Origin: the human T2T-CHM13v2.0 reference genome, Homo sapiens
Assembly: GCF_009914755.1 (NCBI RefSeq)
Contig: NC_060934.1
Length of the DNA stretch: 64,000 bases
Reading direction: 5' to 3' (one strand)
How positions within the stretch are numbered: position 1 is the first letter of the stretch; every line of letters begins with the position of its first letter. Under the pieces are notes generated by a model. It was not told the DNA's origin and ran no database searches. It was given only the letters and a program-made list of their open reading frames with translations. Of the stretch, positions 14,690 to 28,451 are shown piece by piece. Made by a program: the position numbers and the translations under genes.

Positions 14690-14875
14690 AGGGAAAGAGC
14701 ATGGGCTTTAAAGACAGCCATAGATAGGCAGTTTTGTGCTGCAATTTCAGCAGTCACTGTACTTGGGCAAGCTGCTTCATCTCCTCGGGTTACAGGTTTT
14801 TCTTTCCTAATTAGGGGGATTATCATCACAATGTATATAATATGGAACCTAGCCTGTTTAACAAGTAATGGCTTT
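14690..14875 (+). mobile_element. MIR relic
   Basis: ggaaagagcatgggcttt...acttgggcaagctgcttcatctc. Confidence 0.6.
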
Positions 14876-16755
14876 TATCCTTGATTTTTCAAATTAGACT
14901 TTGTTCTTTAGGTGGCCAAATATATATGAGTATTTTCATTGCCCTTCCTTTACTCAAATGCAGAAAAGAGTGTCCTTCATAAAGATGACGGTTGGAGGTA
15001 TGAAGGAGGAAACAGACTAGGTACGAAAGAAAAGAAGGGATACCAAGCCAATAACATCAACACTACAGTGTTCGTTTGGATGGGAAGTGGCTACATCACT
15101 AAACAATTGAATATATGGCTTTTTTGAACATACAATTTCAAATTTTATTATATTCTATGTGTTTAAAATAGTCTTAGCAAAGCATTACTCATTACCTTTA
15201 AAGTAAGTTGAAGCTATCATTTAATTCACAGGTTAAGAAAGTATACCAAATTCATTTTGAAGACCATTCAGACTTCCAAAGTATAAGAGCTAAGAATATG
15301 ATGATCACTTTGTTCCCCATTAGAATGTTCCCCTGTATAGGTCACATATAATATTGTAACTACAAAAACAAAATGAAATCTGAAAAATAAAATAGAAATA
15401 AGAAACTAAACCTATTTTTTGCCATGTTTTTTTTTTTGGGAAAAAGTATTTTATGAAGCATTAAAGAGCAGTAAGTATAATTAAACTGTAATCCAGTATT
15501 AGAAACAATCTAATAATAGTCCAATTCAAAAATAAAAATTATTGTAGGTATGACCATGAAATTTCCTGACACCTGATTTAATGCATTGTGCTAATTTTCT
15601 AAAACAACTCAGAGGAACCAAATCATTTTTTCCACAAACACACTATTCTGTATGTCTTCATTTTATTGCAGTGTTTCAATAGTTATTTAAATGGTAGAGT
15701 TCATTTGTCAAGTGAATATGAAGAGCGTAGTTCCCTCCCACAACAATAAAACTACAGGCTGCCAAGTCAAGATGTATAATTGGTAATGCTGAGCCATTTA
15801 TTCTGAGTGCACTCTAGACAATGACATATTATTACTATTATGGCACAAATAACTGCCTTTTTGAAGCAAATGTTTTCACTGGCTTTAGTTAGGATGCTGT
15901 CCTATTCCTTTTAACATGATACTGATGCCCTCAGTATTATTTTATATATGTCAATGAAACAATATCATGCTGTGAAATTTATGATAAAAGCAAAACTAAA
16001 AATCATTGGTTGATTTTTGTTTCCCCCTCTCTTCCTTTTAACTTCAGCTTTGCAAAATCACTATGTATTCTGCTGTGGAAGTATAATTAATGTTATTTTC
16101 TTCTTATTACTATATTTTAACTTTGCATCTTAAGCCTAAATTTTAGCCTATTCATGTAAGGTTGTACTTTAAACAATACCTCCAATAGATTTTCATACTC
16201 CATCTAACTATACAAAGAGAAGAGACTATCTAGTTACAATTTATGTATTTGATTGTGGTAGCTTATGCCTACCCTAAATATTTTCCCTCCTAGGTCAACC
16301 TGGTTTGGGTTCAATTATATGATGATTAAAAAAAAAATCTCAGGTTGGAACAAAATCTATATAATAAGATGACAAAATACTTTCATAACTATTTCAGTTA
16401 TAGCTTCTACTAAGTTGCATTTACAATGATATATTTACATAACAGCATAATGGATAGAAATATAAAGAGAGAGACCTTTTGTCTCTCTGTGCCATCAGAA
16501 TGAACCATGACATTTAGGTGCCTTGAGGAAAGACTAGAAATAAACTACCAATCAGGCAAATGAACAAACAAAAACAGAATAATTTCTTTCCTAGCTGCCC
16601 CACACTTTATCACATCACTTCAGTATGCCCCACTTCCTTAACTCTAATCAATTTCCATGTGCCATTTGAGGTACCACAGCTCACTCTCAGAAGGTCAAGA
16701 GGTAAAGTGTGGAGAAAAGGGAAGAAGGTGGGTATAAATTAAAAAAAACAAAAAG

Positions 16756-17135
<380 letters not shown>

Positions 17136-17144
17136 TTAGCTTTT

Positions 17145-17363
17145 GTTCCTTGAGCATCTGCTATGTATCAGGCATTCTCTATTACCTATTTTCGTTCTGG
17201 CCACACAACTACACTATGAAGCAGATATGACTGTACCACTTTCAAACTCATATAAGAAAACCAATGTTCAGAGAAGTTGTCTGAGGTCCCACACCTAATA
17301 AATAAATGACAGAGCAAGGATTTGGCCTCAAAGTCCAGATTCTTTCCTCAGTTGCACAGTGCC
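17145..17363 (-). mobile_element. MIR (MIRb-like)
   Basis: ttgagcatctgctatgtatcaggca...gttcagagaagtt...gacagagcaaggattt. Confidence 0.7.
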
Positions 17364-18082
17364 ACATTATAAATGTGTTGATACACTGAAATAGAAGAAT
17401 AATATCAAAAGTATTTCTTTTTATTTTCTCTCAACAGGGATTAATAATAATAATTATGTCAGAACTTGGGCACAGGCTTTAATCCTTAAAATTCTTTTAA
17501 TCATTATTTTATCATCATAAGCACATACAAGCAACATTGTATTTATTTCGCTGAAATGTATAAAATCCTGGCATAGCCAATGAATTTGTTTGATAAATTA
17601 TGAGATAAATTCAGCTAATGGAGTTTCCAAGCATGCTGTCAAAGAAATAGAATCATGCATTTATGAATTTTTCCATATTTTTCTTCATTTCTAATGCAAC
17701 TAGTTAATTATTTGATCTCTTTATCACTTTAAAAGCTTTGTAATAGTTCAGATGATGTGAGATTATTTGCAAACAAGATAAGAAATGCCAGTTCCTGGGA
17801 CAGTTATAGGAAGCCTGAGAAGGCAAGGCTTTTCAAGGAAACTAGGTCGTGAAAGAGAATATTGCTATAATCCTTAGAAAGCTGGATAGAGTTGTCTTTT
17901 CCAATATTAATATGAGGCTCAATAGTTCCATATGGACAAGAACAGGGGTTGAGATCTCTGAGTCATGCAGAACTCTTCTGTCAAAACAGAACAGTTGCAG
18001 ATGTGTCATGAATACAAAAATTTCTCCCTCTTAACATTTCCTTTTCAATAGGATAAGCCACTTTTAATGCAGCAGATTAACC

Positions 18083-18132
18083 GATTTACTTTCTAAATAT
18101 GCTCAGATTTACTTTCTAAATATACTCAGATT
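18083..18132. repeat. 23-bp tandem duplication
   Basis: gatttactttctaaatatgctca, gatttactttctaaatatactca, gatt. Confidence 0.92.
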
Positions 18133-19112
18133 AAGTTAAATTGGTTAATCTCATTTGGCCTTACATCTGGTAACAATGTACAATTCAAAGGTTTACATAA
18201 AGGGAACTCTTTAGTAAAGACAAAGGAGGAAAAGGCAAAATCTTTCTCTCACCCTAAGGTCAGAGTGAGCTTCCTTCAGGCATTAAACTGCTGAAGAACT
18301 GCATCTAAGCAACAAGGGAGATAAATCAAAAGGGGCTGGTTCAGAAATTTCCTAGGTAGAAAAGAATCCAACATCCAATTTGTAAATTGATACTTCCAGA
18401 ATATTATCCACATCATTGAAAGTCTGCACAAGAATCATTAGCAGTGGAGGACCCAGATGACTATTCTCTCTGAATATTCTCTTTCAAATACAACAGTCTT
18501 TAAAATACAACTCAGAAATCGATTAGATTATTTTTTTATTTTCTTTCTACTTTAATTTAAATTGCAACAATTTAAATATATTTTCAATCCAGATCTGTTA
18601 ATAATTTTACCAAGCTCACATTAAAATAAAAAATAAATTCCAAAATAAATGCATTCATATGTACATACAATTTGATGATTTTAAATTTTATTTTGTTCTC
18701 TCTATGTTTAATTTCATAATTTAAACTCCAGGATTTATTTGAGGATTGTTTGAAATAATGTAGGCAGAACAATTAGCTCAGTGCTAGGCTCTTAACTAAT
18801 TGCCAGGGGTAATATTCCTCCAACATCTCCGTGTCAGTTTGCTTGAGAAATAACCTGGAGGAGAGAGAGTGCCCAACATTTTGCAAATTCAAAAGGTAGG
18901 AGAGGTTCATTTATAAAGGTACATCCTAGTATATAAGACAGCAAGTACATAGGAATCCATGACTGTATGTTGAATATTGTTATCAGATATGCTAAGAAAT
19001 GTTTAAAATCCCACCATCAGTGTCTCCCTAGGAATTTCTGTTTTCTCATAAGATTATTAGGTCTTAACATGCAGGCATCATGTTAACATGCAGAAATCAC
19101 ATTACCCTAATA

Positions 19113-19180
19113 ATTGTTGTCTCCTCAGATCCTGGCACACTGTCTGGAAAACAGGAAGTATCCAGTAAAAGTGAGTTTAA
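19113..19180 (+). mobile_element. L2 3' terminus fragment
   Basis: tgtctcctcagatcctggcacactgtctgg...cagtaaaagtgagtt resembles the L2 tail. Confidence 0.4.
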
Positions 19181-20227
19181 TTACAATATATTGGCCACAA
19201 ACCTAATGGATCCATGTTTTCTGCTTTTTGTATGTGCACCATCACTCTGCATTTTCTTTTCTTGGCAGAAGTCACAGAGAAAAGGAAAGAGATGATTCCT
19301 TTCCATGAGTGTATATTGGTAGGTCATTGATGACTCAGCTATAATTCAAATGTATATTTTTCTCTGGGGAAAACAGGTTGTAATTACTAAACAAGAAAGC
19401 AAAATTAATGACACTAATAAATATATGACACACTAAATATATTCCAGGTATGCTTCTAACAGACTAACTGAAAAATATCTGATTTTTACCCAATATAATT
19501 ATGCATGTATTTCTTCTTTTTTATATTCTCCAAAATGTATTGAGAAGAAACTGAATCAGAAAACAACCCTTCCTCTGGATACACTATAAATCCCCCCTGC
19601 AAGCACTACAGCATTTTTACTGTTGACAATTATTTCTTCCACAATGCAGTGTCATGTGATGAAGACGTCACATACTGAACTTAGTATTTATCCAGTCTTT
19701 AGCTGTGTTTTCACTGTATGCTCTCTTGGTCTCTGCCCTTTGATTCACGTGAATCCTCATTATTGTTCTGGTTGTTGCTATTGTCATTGTTAAGGCCCCC
19801 TGGGAACACTCATTCCTATAAATACAATGTTCTCCAAAAAAATATGAAATTTATCCTCTTTGCTCCCCAAATTGTCCCTTAAATAGTTTATGTCTGTAAG
19901 CACAATAATAAACCAATGAGGTATATGTGTGATATTGCAATATTGTGATCTAGGGATAATTATTTTCTGTACTGCAACCCTTTTAAATTCCTAATGATAT
20001 AATTGAAAATAATTTTAAGAAATTTGTATAGATACACCATACCCTATGAAAGCTGGTCTTTCTCAATAAAAGACTGGACAACCCTAAGGTAGGCCTAAGA
20101 AGTCAAGAACCCTGGCCCCTCTTTCTGAAGAAGTATGCTGTTACATTGCTGGGATATTCAGACAGAATATTCTGCTGGGAGAAACCCAATCCAGAACTTT
20201 TCAGAAACACACAGGCTACAGAGACAT

Positions 20228-22433
20228 TGTTATGGGATCCTCAGGGTGTCACTTCACCAGCTGGAAACCTCTGTGGCCAGTGGTGCCTTTGCCTGAGTTT
20301 TGCTCTGGCCCACTGGGCTGGTTCTGATAACTCAGCCTGGCAGGCTGTGCTCAACTCTGCTACATGCTTGGATCCCATGCCTGCCGAGGGTGAGCCTGGC
20401 CCAGAGTGGCAAGGGGTGTATGAGTGGGCATGGGGTTCAGTTATAGTGCATAGCCAGGCACACTGGCTGCGGCATGGCAGGCAACTCCAGGTGCTGGCAC
20501 AGTCACCAGCTCCCTGAGAGACTGTGGTTGGACAAGGCGTACCATAACCAGCTTCTACAGGTGATAGTGGGGTTTGCAGTGTGGTGCCAGAAACTTGGAG
20601 ACACCAGGAACTGCAGAGCCCTAAATAGGCTGTCACAGCCCTGGCCTGGGGAGCTTCTAGGTCTGGGACCCCACAAGGCCACAGCTCTTACCTCCTCTCA
20701 TCCCTCCTTTTTGTCACCTGCAACATGGCAGGCAACAGGCAAGTTTCCGCCCATATCGTGTTACAGTTACAGCTCTTTTAGCTCTAACATTTGCCTTGTC
20801 CAGAGTTCTTGTCCTGCATCCAGGAAGAAAGAGGTGTGCAGACAAGTGGAGCTTTATTGAGCAGTAGAACAGCTCAGAGGAGACCCGCAGTGGGCAAATC
20901 ATTTCTGTAAACGGTGTCCTGGAGAGTGTTCAGCTCTCAGCAGAGAGGGTAGCTCTTCTCCATTAGGTCATCCCAATGGGTGTTCAGCTCTCAGCAGAGA
21001 GGGTAGCTCCTTTCCGTTAGGCAGGTCATCCCAATATGTGTTCAGCTCTCAGGGGAGAGGGTAGCTCCTCCCTGTTAGGCAGGTCATCCCGATGAATGCT
21101 CAGCTCTCAGCAGAGAGGGTAGCTCCTTGTTGCAGCTGGTCATCCTGTCATCTCTTCAGCTCTCAGCAGAAAGGGTAACTTCTCTCTGCTAGGCAGGTCA
21201 TCCCGACGAGTGTCCAGCTTTCAGCAGAGAGGGTAGTGTCTCTCTGCAGCTGGTTGTTCCATCATCTCCTTGAGCCTGGCTGAGCCCAGGGCTTTTGTGG
21301 GCTTCCAAAAGGAGAAAATGTGTGCTGATTGGTCTATGTGCTGTCATGGGTGGGCCCAGAAAAGGCACCACGAGTTCTCACTCCAGTCTGCGGGACACAA
21401 AGCCCAGTCCCCAGGCTTCAGGCCTTCCCTGGCTTGAAGGTGGGGCTTCACCAAGACCCCATCTTCCTCTGAGAAGCCTGATAGCCTCCTGCCTCTGTTC
21501 ATGGAGCCCGGGTTATTAATGCCAAGGGGTGCCTGCAGGCCAGTGCAGAGCTTTCCTTAGCCCCTGTCTCAGCCTCCCTCCCAGGCTTGTTTGCACCCAA
21601 AGTCTCGAGGAGGCCAAGGTAGCATGGGGCTGGTGTATCAGCACTGCCTCGAGCATGTGCACCCCTGGACAGGTTGTGACAACACCTAGGACTGGCCTCA
21701 TCTTTGCTCCCTGATTGAGCAGGCCCAACTGTGGGGAGAAGCCAGACAGTGTGAGCAGTCACTTCTGAGCCTGCGGTGACAGGGAGGCATTCCTGGGCCC
21801 TCAGAGTGCAAAGATTCCCTGGCCCATAGCTGCAGCTTGGGCAGCTGCAGCTGTGCCTAGGAGGGTGGGGCTCCTGCCTGCTCCCAGCTCCCAGAGCACA
21901 GGGGTGTCTGGGTCACAGCAGCTGCTTGGGCAGCTGCAGTTGCTCCTGGGGAGCAGACACTGGCTCTGTGGAGCGCAGCACCACCTCGGACCTGCTCCAC
22001 TTGGGGGCCCTTCTCTGCTCCAGCCTTTATGCTGGAACAAACTGCTCCCTGATGATCAGGTGACTCAGCCAGGACCCTCACGATGGCTCCCAGGGAGGTG
22101 GTCTCCAGGGGGGTCTCAGGGGAAGGCTCTGGGGACTGTCCTTCTCTTCTCCCCGTTTTCCTGGTGGTGCCTTCAGCTGGGTGCTTTCAGGCTACCAAAA
22201 TACAGCGGGGAGCAAAGTTGAGGCCATGGCAAAGACCCCAGGCCTGGGAGAAGTCCTGCCCATCTGTGTGAGGGTGGAGGTGGCATAGTTAGCTGCTTCA
22301 GGGATGTGGGACACAGGGGTCCCACTGCCACCACTGCTGCTCCCACAGTTGCTCCTGCTGCTATCACTGACACCTCCCCACTGCAGCTGGCTGGATGGCA
22401 GCACCTGCTCCAGATAGCCTGTGGCGGCCATCA
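20228..22433 (-). mobile_element. MER52-type (MER52D-like) ERV1 solo LTR, about 2.2 kb, GC-rich
   Basis: Ends tgttatgggatcc...ggccatca (TG...CA on the minus strand). MER52 phrases gaaacctctgtggcc and gagttcttgtcctgcatccaggaaga. Minus-strand AATAAA at about 20853. Confidence 0.8.
20927..21270. repeat. Six ~53-58-bp tandem units inside the MER52 LTR
   Basis: Repeated tcagctctcagcagagagggtagct...ggtcatccc. Confidence 0.9.
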
Positions 22434-23344
22434 ATACCACCAATACCTTCTTCTGTCATCAAGGTACAATCTCCCCTGCACCAAGTGGGGAGAGTTATAT
22501 ATTCCTGAGCAAAAAACTCCATTCACTCTTCATTTACTCAAGTTCTGAAGGTAAAGATAAACCGGAATTACAAGCATATTTTTTTCCTTATATTTGAGTG
22601 TCTATGTTATCTGTTTAATGGACTGCTTTGTTTAAAAAGAGATATTTTCTTAGTCTCACCACAGAAAATAACAAATAACATTTTGATTAGATTAAGATAG
22701 ATGTCATCATTGGAAATCTAGGCCTAACCCTGAGGATTGAGAATGGTATATGATCCACTTCCTTTCTGTGCACAATATATTAATCCCCATCAGATCACCT
22801 AACTACAATGAAAATTTGCCTGACTACCCCTTCATTTTACCAAAATTCTATTGATAATACCTACTCCAACATTTTCAACTGATTTTTATCCTTTGTATGC
22901 AGAATAAGGTATGCAAAACAATAGGTTTTTGTTAAATTTTCATTCAGAAAATCAGTGAACTATTAACTATTTGTTGAATAAATAAATAAATGAACAAACA
23001 AGTAACAAACCAGTATCAGCAGAGATTGGATCCAATATTGTATCTCAATAAAATGGGACTGCATCATGTGGTCAGGGTTCACCAGACTTCACAGTGCAGA
23101 GGCAATTGAGATGGGACAGTGGAAACCATAATTATTACAGGGTGAATCAGCGTAGTAAAAATAAAGGAAACAAAGACATGTTGGAGATGAGATTAGTGCT
23201 CAGGTATCAGGGAAAGATGGTTGACAAGAATGGAATGAAAATAGTTTCATAATCTGGAAAGGATGAAGTGAAATATCCGCCCTAGTACCTAATTTTTAAG
23301 ACTTTGAGTTTCACTCTTAGTTTTTCTGGCAGCCATATTCTGAG

Positions 23345-23394
23345 GCAGATAACACAGGTCTTCAGATGCAGATCACACAGGTCTTCAGATACAG
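23345..23394. repeat. 23-bp tandem duplication
   Basis: gcagataacacaggtcttcagat, gcagatcacacaggtcttcagat. Confidence 0.92.
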
Positions 23395-23787
23395 TTTCAC
23401 CGGTTAAGCTCAGATTTCATAGAAGGAGTTCATTTCTTACTAGGATTACTTTGCAGGGGAAGAGACATATTTAACAAATCTAAACCTCCATTAGCCTTGT
23501 ATCAATTGGTACAAATTTTTGTTATAAGTTTTAGAAATCCTAAAATTATACTGATTTAAGGAAATTAATTGGTGGATATAAATGAAAAGTTTAGACATGC
23601 CTAGATATACAGGTTCAAAGAATGATAACAGACATAAGACAATAAACTATTTTTAATAATCTATATGATGGGTATAAAATACAATAAATGAATGATAAAA
23701 AGAGCACAGTACCTAGAGAAACACACACTCAACTTTACTCTTTTTAACTTTTTGCCAAATGTTTTCAGATTTTGCTCTGTTAGGCAT

Positions 23788-24154
23788 TGATATGATTTGG
23801 CTTTGAGTCCCTACCTAAATCTCATATTGAATTGTAATCCCCAGGTGTCAAGGGAGGGACCAGGTGGAAAGTGACTGGATCTTGGGGTCGGTTTCTTCCA
23901 TGCTGTTCTCCTGATAGTGAGAGAGCTCTCATGAGATCTGGTTGGTTGATAAGTGTCTGGCAGTTTCCCTTGCACTCTGTCTCTCTTGCCACCTTGTTAC
24001 GATGTGCCTTGTTTCCCTTCACCTTCTGTCATGATTATAAGTTTCCTGAGGCCTCCCAGCCATGCAGAACTGTGAGTCAATTAAACCTCTTTTCTTCATA
24101 AATAACCCAGTCTCAAGTAGTATCTTTATAGCAGTGTAGAAAAGAACTTATACA
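23788..24154 (+). mobile_element. THE1D-like MaLR solo LTR
   Basis: tgatatgatttgg...gtgtcaagggagggacc...gaactgtgagtcaattaaacc...cttataca. Confidence 0.88.
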
Positions 24155-24461
24155 AACATCCATTGGTCTTTAACTGTAGCAAACCACATTCATCATTATT
24201 ATTATTTCTATTGGTGTAGATATGGAGAAATGACATGATTTATGAATAGTAGGTTTGAATAACATTAACTTTCTTACATTTTTATTCTAGACTTGTTGAT
24301 TCTGTTTTGTGTGTCATAATACAGTGAGTACCATTCCATAGTAGACAAATTTTGAATATTTTCATATATATATTTATAAATAAATGCTAATTCAGTTAAG
24401 TTTAATAAGTATTTACCAGTAATATGAAATTAAAAATTTTATATGGCTTTAGGAAGATACT

Positions 24462-26583
24462 AGATATAGTTTGGCTCCTTGTTCCTACCCAAATCTCATG
24501 TTAAATTGTAATTTCCAGTGTTGGAGGGCCTTGGTGCAAGGTGACTGGGTCATGGAGCAGATTTGCCCTTGCTGTTCTCATGACAGTGAATGAGTTCTTA
24601 TACCAGCTGCTTGTTTAAAGGGTGGCAACTTCCCCTGCTCTCTCCTGCTCCACGAGGTGAAGATATGCCTGCTTCCACTTTTGCCTTCCACCATGATTGT
24701 AAGTTTCTTAAGACCTCACCATCTATGCTACCTGCACAGCCTGCAAAATTATGAGCCATTTAATCCTCTTTTCTTCATAAATTATCCAGTGGGGACTCAG
24801 GAAGTTCATTATAGCAATGTGAGAACAGACTAGTCCAGAAATTGGTACCAGAGAAGTAGTACATCACTATAAGGATACCTGAAAATATGAAAGTGACTTT
24901 GGAATTGGGTAATGGGCAAGGTTGAAACAGTTTGGAGGGCTCAGAAAAAGACAGAAAGATGAGGGAAAGTTTGGAACTTCCTAGAGAATTGTTAAATTGT
25001 TGTGACCAAAATGCTGAATGGAATATGAAAAATGAAGTCTCAGCTGAGGGGGTCTCAAATGTAAATGAGGAACTTACTGGGAACTGGAGTAAAAGTCTCT
25101 CTTACCAGGCTTAGAAAAGAGACTGTTGGCATTGTGCCTCTGCTCAAGATGTGACCTGGCTGCTTCTGAAAGCCTACACTCATCTGCATAAACAAAGAAA
25201 TGACCTGAAATTGGAACTTATATGTAAAAAGAAAGCAGAGCATAAAAGTTGAAAAATTTGCCGCCTAGCCATGTGATAGAAAAGAAAAACCCATTTTCTG
25301 GGGATGAACCCTTTAAGCTAGCTGCAGAAATTTACATAAGTAAAGAGGAGCCTAATGGTAGTAGCCAAGACAATGGGGAAAATGCCTCAAAAGCTTTTCA
25401 GAGAACTTGTGGCAGCCCCTCCCATCACAGGCCCTGAGGTTTAAGAGAAAACCATGGTTTTGTGGGCCAGGCCCATGACCCTTCTCCTCTGGGCAGCCTC
25501 ACGACATAGCACCCTGCATCGCAGCCACTCCAGGTCCAGCCATCAGAAGGTGCAAGCCCCAAGCATTGGCAGCTTCCATATGTGTGCAGAGGGCAAGACT
25601 TGAGTCTTGGGAGCCTCTGCCCAAATTTCACAGGATGTATGAAAACACCTGGATGTCCAGGCAGAAGAATATGGAAGGGGCAGAGCCCTCATGGAGAACC
25701 TCTACTAGGGTAGTGCAAAGGGGAAATATGTGGTTGGAGCCGCACACAGAGTTCACATTGGTGCACTGCTTGGTGAAGCTGTGAGAAGAGGGCCATGGTC
25801 CTAAAGATTCCAGAATGGTAGATCCGTCAACATCTTGCACCAAGTGCTTGGAAAAGCCGCAGGCACTCAATGTCCACCTGTGAAACCAGCTGTGGGTGAT
25901 CTACCCTGCAGAGCCACAAGGACAGAGCTGCCCAATTCCTTGGGAGCCCACCCCTTGCATCAGTGTGTCCTGGATATGAGATAGAGTCAAAAAATATTAT
26001 TTTGGAGCTTTGAGATTTAATGACTTCCCTGCTGGGTTTTGCATGGGGCCTGTAGCCCCTTTGTTTTAGCCAATTTCTCACTTTTGAAATGGGAACATTT
26101 ACCCAGTGCCTGTACCCCCACTGTATCTTAGAACTAACTATCTTGTTTTTGATTATACAGGCTCACAGGCAGTAGGGGGTTGCCTTGTCTCATATGAGAC
26201 TTTAGACTGTGAACTTTTGAGTTTGTGCCAAAAGGCTTTAAGATTTTCAGGGACTGTTTGAAAGGCATAATTGTGTTTTGAAATGTGAGAAGGGTGTGAG
26301 ATTTTAGAGAGGCCAGGGACAGCATGATATGATTTGGCTCTGTTTTCCCATTCAAATCTCATGTTGAATTTCAATTCTCAGTGTTTGAGGAGGGGCATGG
26401 TGGGAAGTGATTGGATCGGGAGGGCAGATTTCTCTTTGTTGTTCTCATGATAGGGAGTGAGTTATCATGAGATTTCATTGTTTAAAAGGGTGTGGCACCT
26501 TCCTGTTTGCTCTCTCTTTTTCCTGCTCCAGTGATGTAGAATGTGTCAGTTTCCCCTTCACCTTCTGCAATGATTGTAAGTTT
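24462..26583 (+). mobile_element. MSTA-like MaLR provirus: 5' LTR 24462-24837, internal 24838-26324, truncated 3' LTR 26325-26583
   Basis: The LTR is followed by the gaaattggtacc internal start. The purine-rich gaggccaggg tract precedes the second tgatatgatttgg. The 3' LTR stops at tgattgtaagttt. Confidence 0.9.
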
Positions 26584-26744
26584 TGCAGTGATGGGCCAGT
26601 TTGAAATTATTTATGTCAAAATGACATAAATAAAAATTGTTTTAATCCCTATTTCAGTCAGTCATGGTAAAACTTCATCTGAGATTTTCCTAATTGTTAC
26701 ATACAATCAAGATCAAAGTTACTGGTTTTCCATGGAAACTCAAA

Positions 26745-26952
26745 ACATATGGAATAGGGGGCCTTATGCTGGAAACTTTAATCTTGCGCCTTAGTTTTCC
26801 ACTCTGGACACTAAGCAATGTATTAAACCTCCTCTCAAATCCTCATTCCTTTGAAAAATGACAATAACTGAGCCCACTTCATAGGTTCATGCTGAAAACA
26901 GCATTAGATAATCTACATAAGGCTTCTACTAAGAAATTCATAGAATACTCAG
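26745..26952 (+). mobile_element. MIR relic
   Basis: aaacctcctctc...cattcctttgaaaaatgacaataa...cacttcataggtt...attagataat. Confidence 0.6.
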
Positions 26953-26969
26953 CTTTTCCTAAATTAGTT

Positions 26970-27245
26970 GGGATAACCAAAACCCTTCAAATCTCAGTGG
27001 TGTGTGGCTACAAAGATTTGCTTGACATTCATATTATTTGCTCACAGATGGTAAGTGTCGTCCTCACTCAAGGACATGCCATTATCCTTATCTGGGACAT
27101 GCCATTCTCATGGCAGAGCAGAAAAAGCAAAGATACAATCTTATGATGGGTTACTTCTTTGTGGCATATGCCACTTTTTACCCTGTATCACTGGTGAAAC
27201 CTAGACATTTAGACATACGATACAGGTCTAATCATCAAATTATAC
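26970..27245 (-). mobile_element. Old ERVL/MaLR LTR fragment (LTR33/MLT1-like)
   Basis: caaatctcagtgg...atctgggacatgccattctcatggcagag. Confidence 0.4.
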
Positions 27246-27916
27246 AAAACAAAACAGTCATAGTATCTACCGCAATGATCAATTACTTATTATCATTGTT
27301 ATTGCTAAGAAGCACTATGTACATAAAAGAACGATCAAGATGTTTACCATTCTGGAACTCATGGAATATATGGAATAAATTAGAGTGCTGTCATGAACTT
27401 TGTGTCTAAGATCTGATGATATGTGTGCCACATGCTACTTGAAGGTTGACCAGTACAATCTCTACAACAGAAGATTGAACCCACTACAAAGCTTCATTTT
27501 TTAGTCAAGATATTAAGTAAGTGAATATCAGATATTAATGATGCTAATATGCCTTAGAAAAAAATCCTCAAAATTATTTGGAATATAGGAGTCCATGAGA
27601 TAGAAGAGGGCTTTCATAGCTATGAATGTTACATGAAACTCTGAAGTGTTCTCCTGGGGATGAAGAAATAATGCACTCTTTGATTATTCATGCTCTACAT
27701 ATAAAATGAGAATTCATAACATGTAAAATAGAGGCCTCTGGAAAAATTTCCATCTTGATAGGGGTGACTGATAGGTGTGCACAGTAGCTAGGGTTTACAT
27801 AAAGTGTTAGTACTGAAATAATATACAGAACATGTGTAATTTGAATAAGTTTTGAAAATCAAGTATATTTCAAGGACAGGCCACTTCCAAATTGAGCAGG
27901 AAACCTTCCTCCTTAA

Positions 27917-28451
<535 letters not shown>

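Noticed and set aside
20927-21270. Repeat-spacer-like array resembling CRISPR
   Set aside because: The intervening parts are homologous to each other rather than unique spacers, there are no cas genes, and the context is a primate LTR.
20146-22548. Dense cluster of overlapping ORFs in a GC-rich block, suggesting a gene or CpG island
   Set aside because: Almost all lie within a MER52-type LTR. High GC lowers stop-codon frequency, CpGs are depleted, and no protein motif is recognisable.
24932-26374. Short ORFs in MST internal sequence as possible gag/pol
   Set aside because: MaLR internal regions lack pol, and the frames here are short and broken by stops.
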